Below, in pieces: positions 24,252 through 25,993 of a DNA stretch of 25,993 bases (within the stretch, counting starts at the first letter, position 1; every line of letters begins with the position of its first letter). The translations under genes and the position numbers were made by a program. A model generated the notes under the pieces. That model made no database searches, was not told the origin of the DNA, and worked only from the letters and a program-made list of their open reading frames with translations. Source of the stretch: Acidobacteriota bacterium (GTDB taxonomy: Bacteria; Acidobacteriota; UBA4820; DSQY01); NCBI GenBank assembly GCA_049967655.1, contig JBMFSH010000035.1, positions 1 through 25,993 of the forward strand, in the 5' to 3' direction.

Positions 24252-25652
24252 CTATCTCTTTCCTGGCCGCCTCGCCCACTCGAGGAGGAAGGCCTCGGCG
24301 GCGGGGGTGTCGGTGATCGTGCCGTCCACCTGGCGCTCCATGAGGGCGTCGAGGGCCTGCCCTAGCTCGGGGCCGGGGCGCTGGAGGCCGAGGAGTTCCA
24401 TGGCGCGCAGGCCGTCCACGAGCTTGGGAAGGCGGCGGAGCTCGGGGCCGTCGCTGGCGGCCATGGCCATGGTGCGCCGCGAAAGATCGCGAAGCTGGGC
24501 GAGGTTGGATTCCATCTCGGCGCCCCTGGCGGCGGACTTGTCGGCGTAGGCGAGGGCCAGAAGGAGGGGCAGGAGGTCGCCCATGGAATGGATCAGGCGC
24601 CTCAGGGGGGTCCTGCCGGGTTCGGATTTGATGAGGGCCAGCGGCCGGAGGTGGTTGAGGCAGAGGTCCGAGACCTCCTCCGCCTCGGCGTTGGAGAAGC
24701 GCAGGCGGTGCAGGACCTCACGGGCGATCTCGGCGGACGGCTTGGGGTGGCCGTAGAAGTGCACGTTCCCCCCGGCGTCCACGGTGCGGGTGTCGGCCTT
24801 GCCGGTGTCGTGGAAGAGCAGGGCCATGCGCAGCAGGGAGAGCTGGCCGGCGTCCAGGGGCGGCAGGCCCAGCTCCGCGAGCCAGGTGGGAGACCCATCG
24901 AGCTGTTCGAGCGCCTCCAGGGTGTGCTCCAGCACGTCGGCGTGGTGGTAGTGGTTCTGTTGCAGCCCCTTCAGGCGCGCCAGCTCGGGCACCAGGACGA
25001 AGAGCACCTCCGAGGCCGCCATGAGGCGCACGGCCACTCCCGCCCTTGGGGAGGCGAAGAGGTGCGCCATCTCCTGTTGGAGGCGCTCCGTGGGAACCCC
25101 GAGCAGGGCGTCGCGCTGGGCGGAGGCGGTTCGCTCCGTCTCGGGATCGAGACGGAAGCCAGGGAGCTGGGCGACCATGCGGAAGGCCTTGAGAATCCGG
25201 ACCGGATCGTCGAGAAAGGCCCCGGGCGAGGCCATCCGGATGCGCCCCTCGGCCAGATCGTGGAAGCCTCCCGTGGGGTCCAGGAAGCGGCGTTCCTCCA
25301 CGTCGTAGGCGATGGAGTTGATGGTAAAGTCCCGCCGGTTTAGGTCCGCCTCCAGGCTGCCGTCGTGCAGGCCCACCCAGTCCAGGCGCAGCTCGTTCAG
25401 GGGGATGCGGTAGGTGGGCGTGGCCTCCTTGCCGAGCGGCACCACGTGGCTTCCGTAGCGCTTCGCGAAGAAGAGCGCCATGTCGTAAGGATGGAGCGTG
25501 GCGAAATCCAGGTCCACGGGCTGGAGGTCGAGGGCCAGATCGCGGATGGCCCCGCCGACCAGATAGACGGGCTCGCCCCTCTCGAGGCCGGCCTCCAGGA
25601 TGGCCGGTATCAACGGGTGCTCCTGGATGCGGTCGCGGGTCCTGTCGCGCAT
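24252..25652 (-). CDS. Class II tRNA nucleotidyltransferase with HD domain, probably CC-adding type
   Basis: YLVGGAIRD...DLDF; DLNRRDFTINSIA; DDPVRILK; QQNHYHHADVLEHT; LFHDTGK; FYGH; GGGAGG RBS. Confidence 0.88.
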   Translation of the reverse strand: MRDRTRDRIQEHPLIPAILEAGLERGEPVYLVGGAIRDLALDLQPVDLDFATLHPYDMALFFAKRYGSHVVPLGKEATPTYRIPLNELRLDWVGLHDGSLEADLNRRDFTINSIAYDVEERRFLDPTGGFHDLAEGRIRMASPGAFLDDPVRILKAFRMVAQLPGFRLDPETERTASAQRDALLGVPTERLQQEMAHLFASPRAGVAVRLMAASEVLFVLVPELARLKGLQQNHYHHADVLEHTLEALEQLDGSPTWLAELGLPPLDAGQLSLLRMALLFHDTGKADTRTVDAGGNVHFYGHPKPSAEIAREVLHRLRFSNAEAEEVSDLCLNHLRPLALIKSEPGRTPLRRLIHSMGDLLPLLLALAYADKSAARGAEMESNLAQLRDLSRRTMAMAASDGPELRRLPKLVDGLRAMELLGLQRPGPELGQALDALMERQVDGTITDTPAAEAFLLEWARRPGKR

Positions 25653-25682
25653 GGTGACCTCCCGGCGCTACCTTGCTGGTTA

Positions 25683-25712
25683 AGTATAGGGTCTGCCTCG
25701 CGGAGGCGCCAA
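25683..25712 (-). promoter_or_regulatory. Possible sigma70-type promoter for the nucleotidyltransferase-queA genes
   Basis: Minus strand: TTGGCG, 18-nt spacer, TATACT, ~30 nt upstream of ATG 25652. Confidence 0.5.
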
Positions 25713-25993
25713 GATGGAAGAATGCGAAGGGAAAACGGCGAATGGCGACTGGGGAAACGAACGTGCCTGTCCAAGATGAGGCGCCTTGGCGGCTCCGGAC
25801 CACGGCTGGGCCTTGGCCGCGCCGTTGGCGCGGCGCTGGGGGCCTGGTCCGGGCGCGTCCGCGCAAGCGTGGCCGCGCTCCGGCCGCAGTCCCTCAGCCG
25901 CCCTTCGGGCGCCAGCCCCAGCCTCATCGAATACGAACCGTCCCCCCACCCTCCACGGGAGCGCCGGCGGCGACGGACCTCCTGCCGCGTCAG

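Overview
GC-rich bacterial window. The gene types (myxobacterial-style Ser/Thr kinase, DUF4388, this ArgS type) suggest Acidobacteriota or a related Gram-negative lineage; this is inference only. Bases 1-4363 hold an accessory-looking, compositionally mosaic gene pair: a 5'-truncated large protein (end of an IPT/TIG-like domain, beta-propeller-like repeats, Ig-like segment, C-terminal lytic transglycosylase domain split by a ~155-aa insert), followed 10 nt later by a signal-peptide protein with FG-GAP-like Ca-binding motifs. This is a candidate peptidoglycan-targeting effector/immunity pair. The + strand then carries ctpA-ffh, an unusual pseudo-receiver/Ser-Thr kinase/TM/TonB-C fusion with a 74-aa coiled-coil partner, a cobalamin riboswitch ahead of btuF-btuC-btuD-btuB, a DUF4388 gene behind a structured 5' leader, a histidine phosphatase, argS and a DAG-kinase-family gene. 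The - strand carries a probable CC-adding tRNA nucleotidyltransferase, queA, a DUF2231 membrane protein and a doubly truncated Phd/YefM-ParE toxin-antitoxin relic. Intergenic spaces contain many degenerate 7-9-nt tandem repeats and palindromic REP-like elements. No tRNA, rRNA, CRISPR array or transposase was found. Domain calls come from motif recognition by eye, not database searches.
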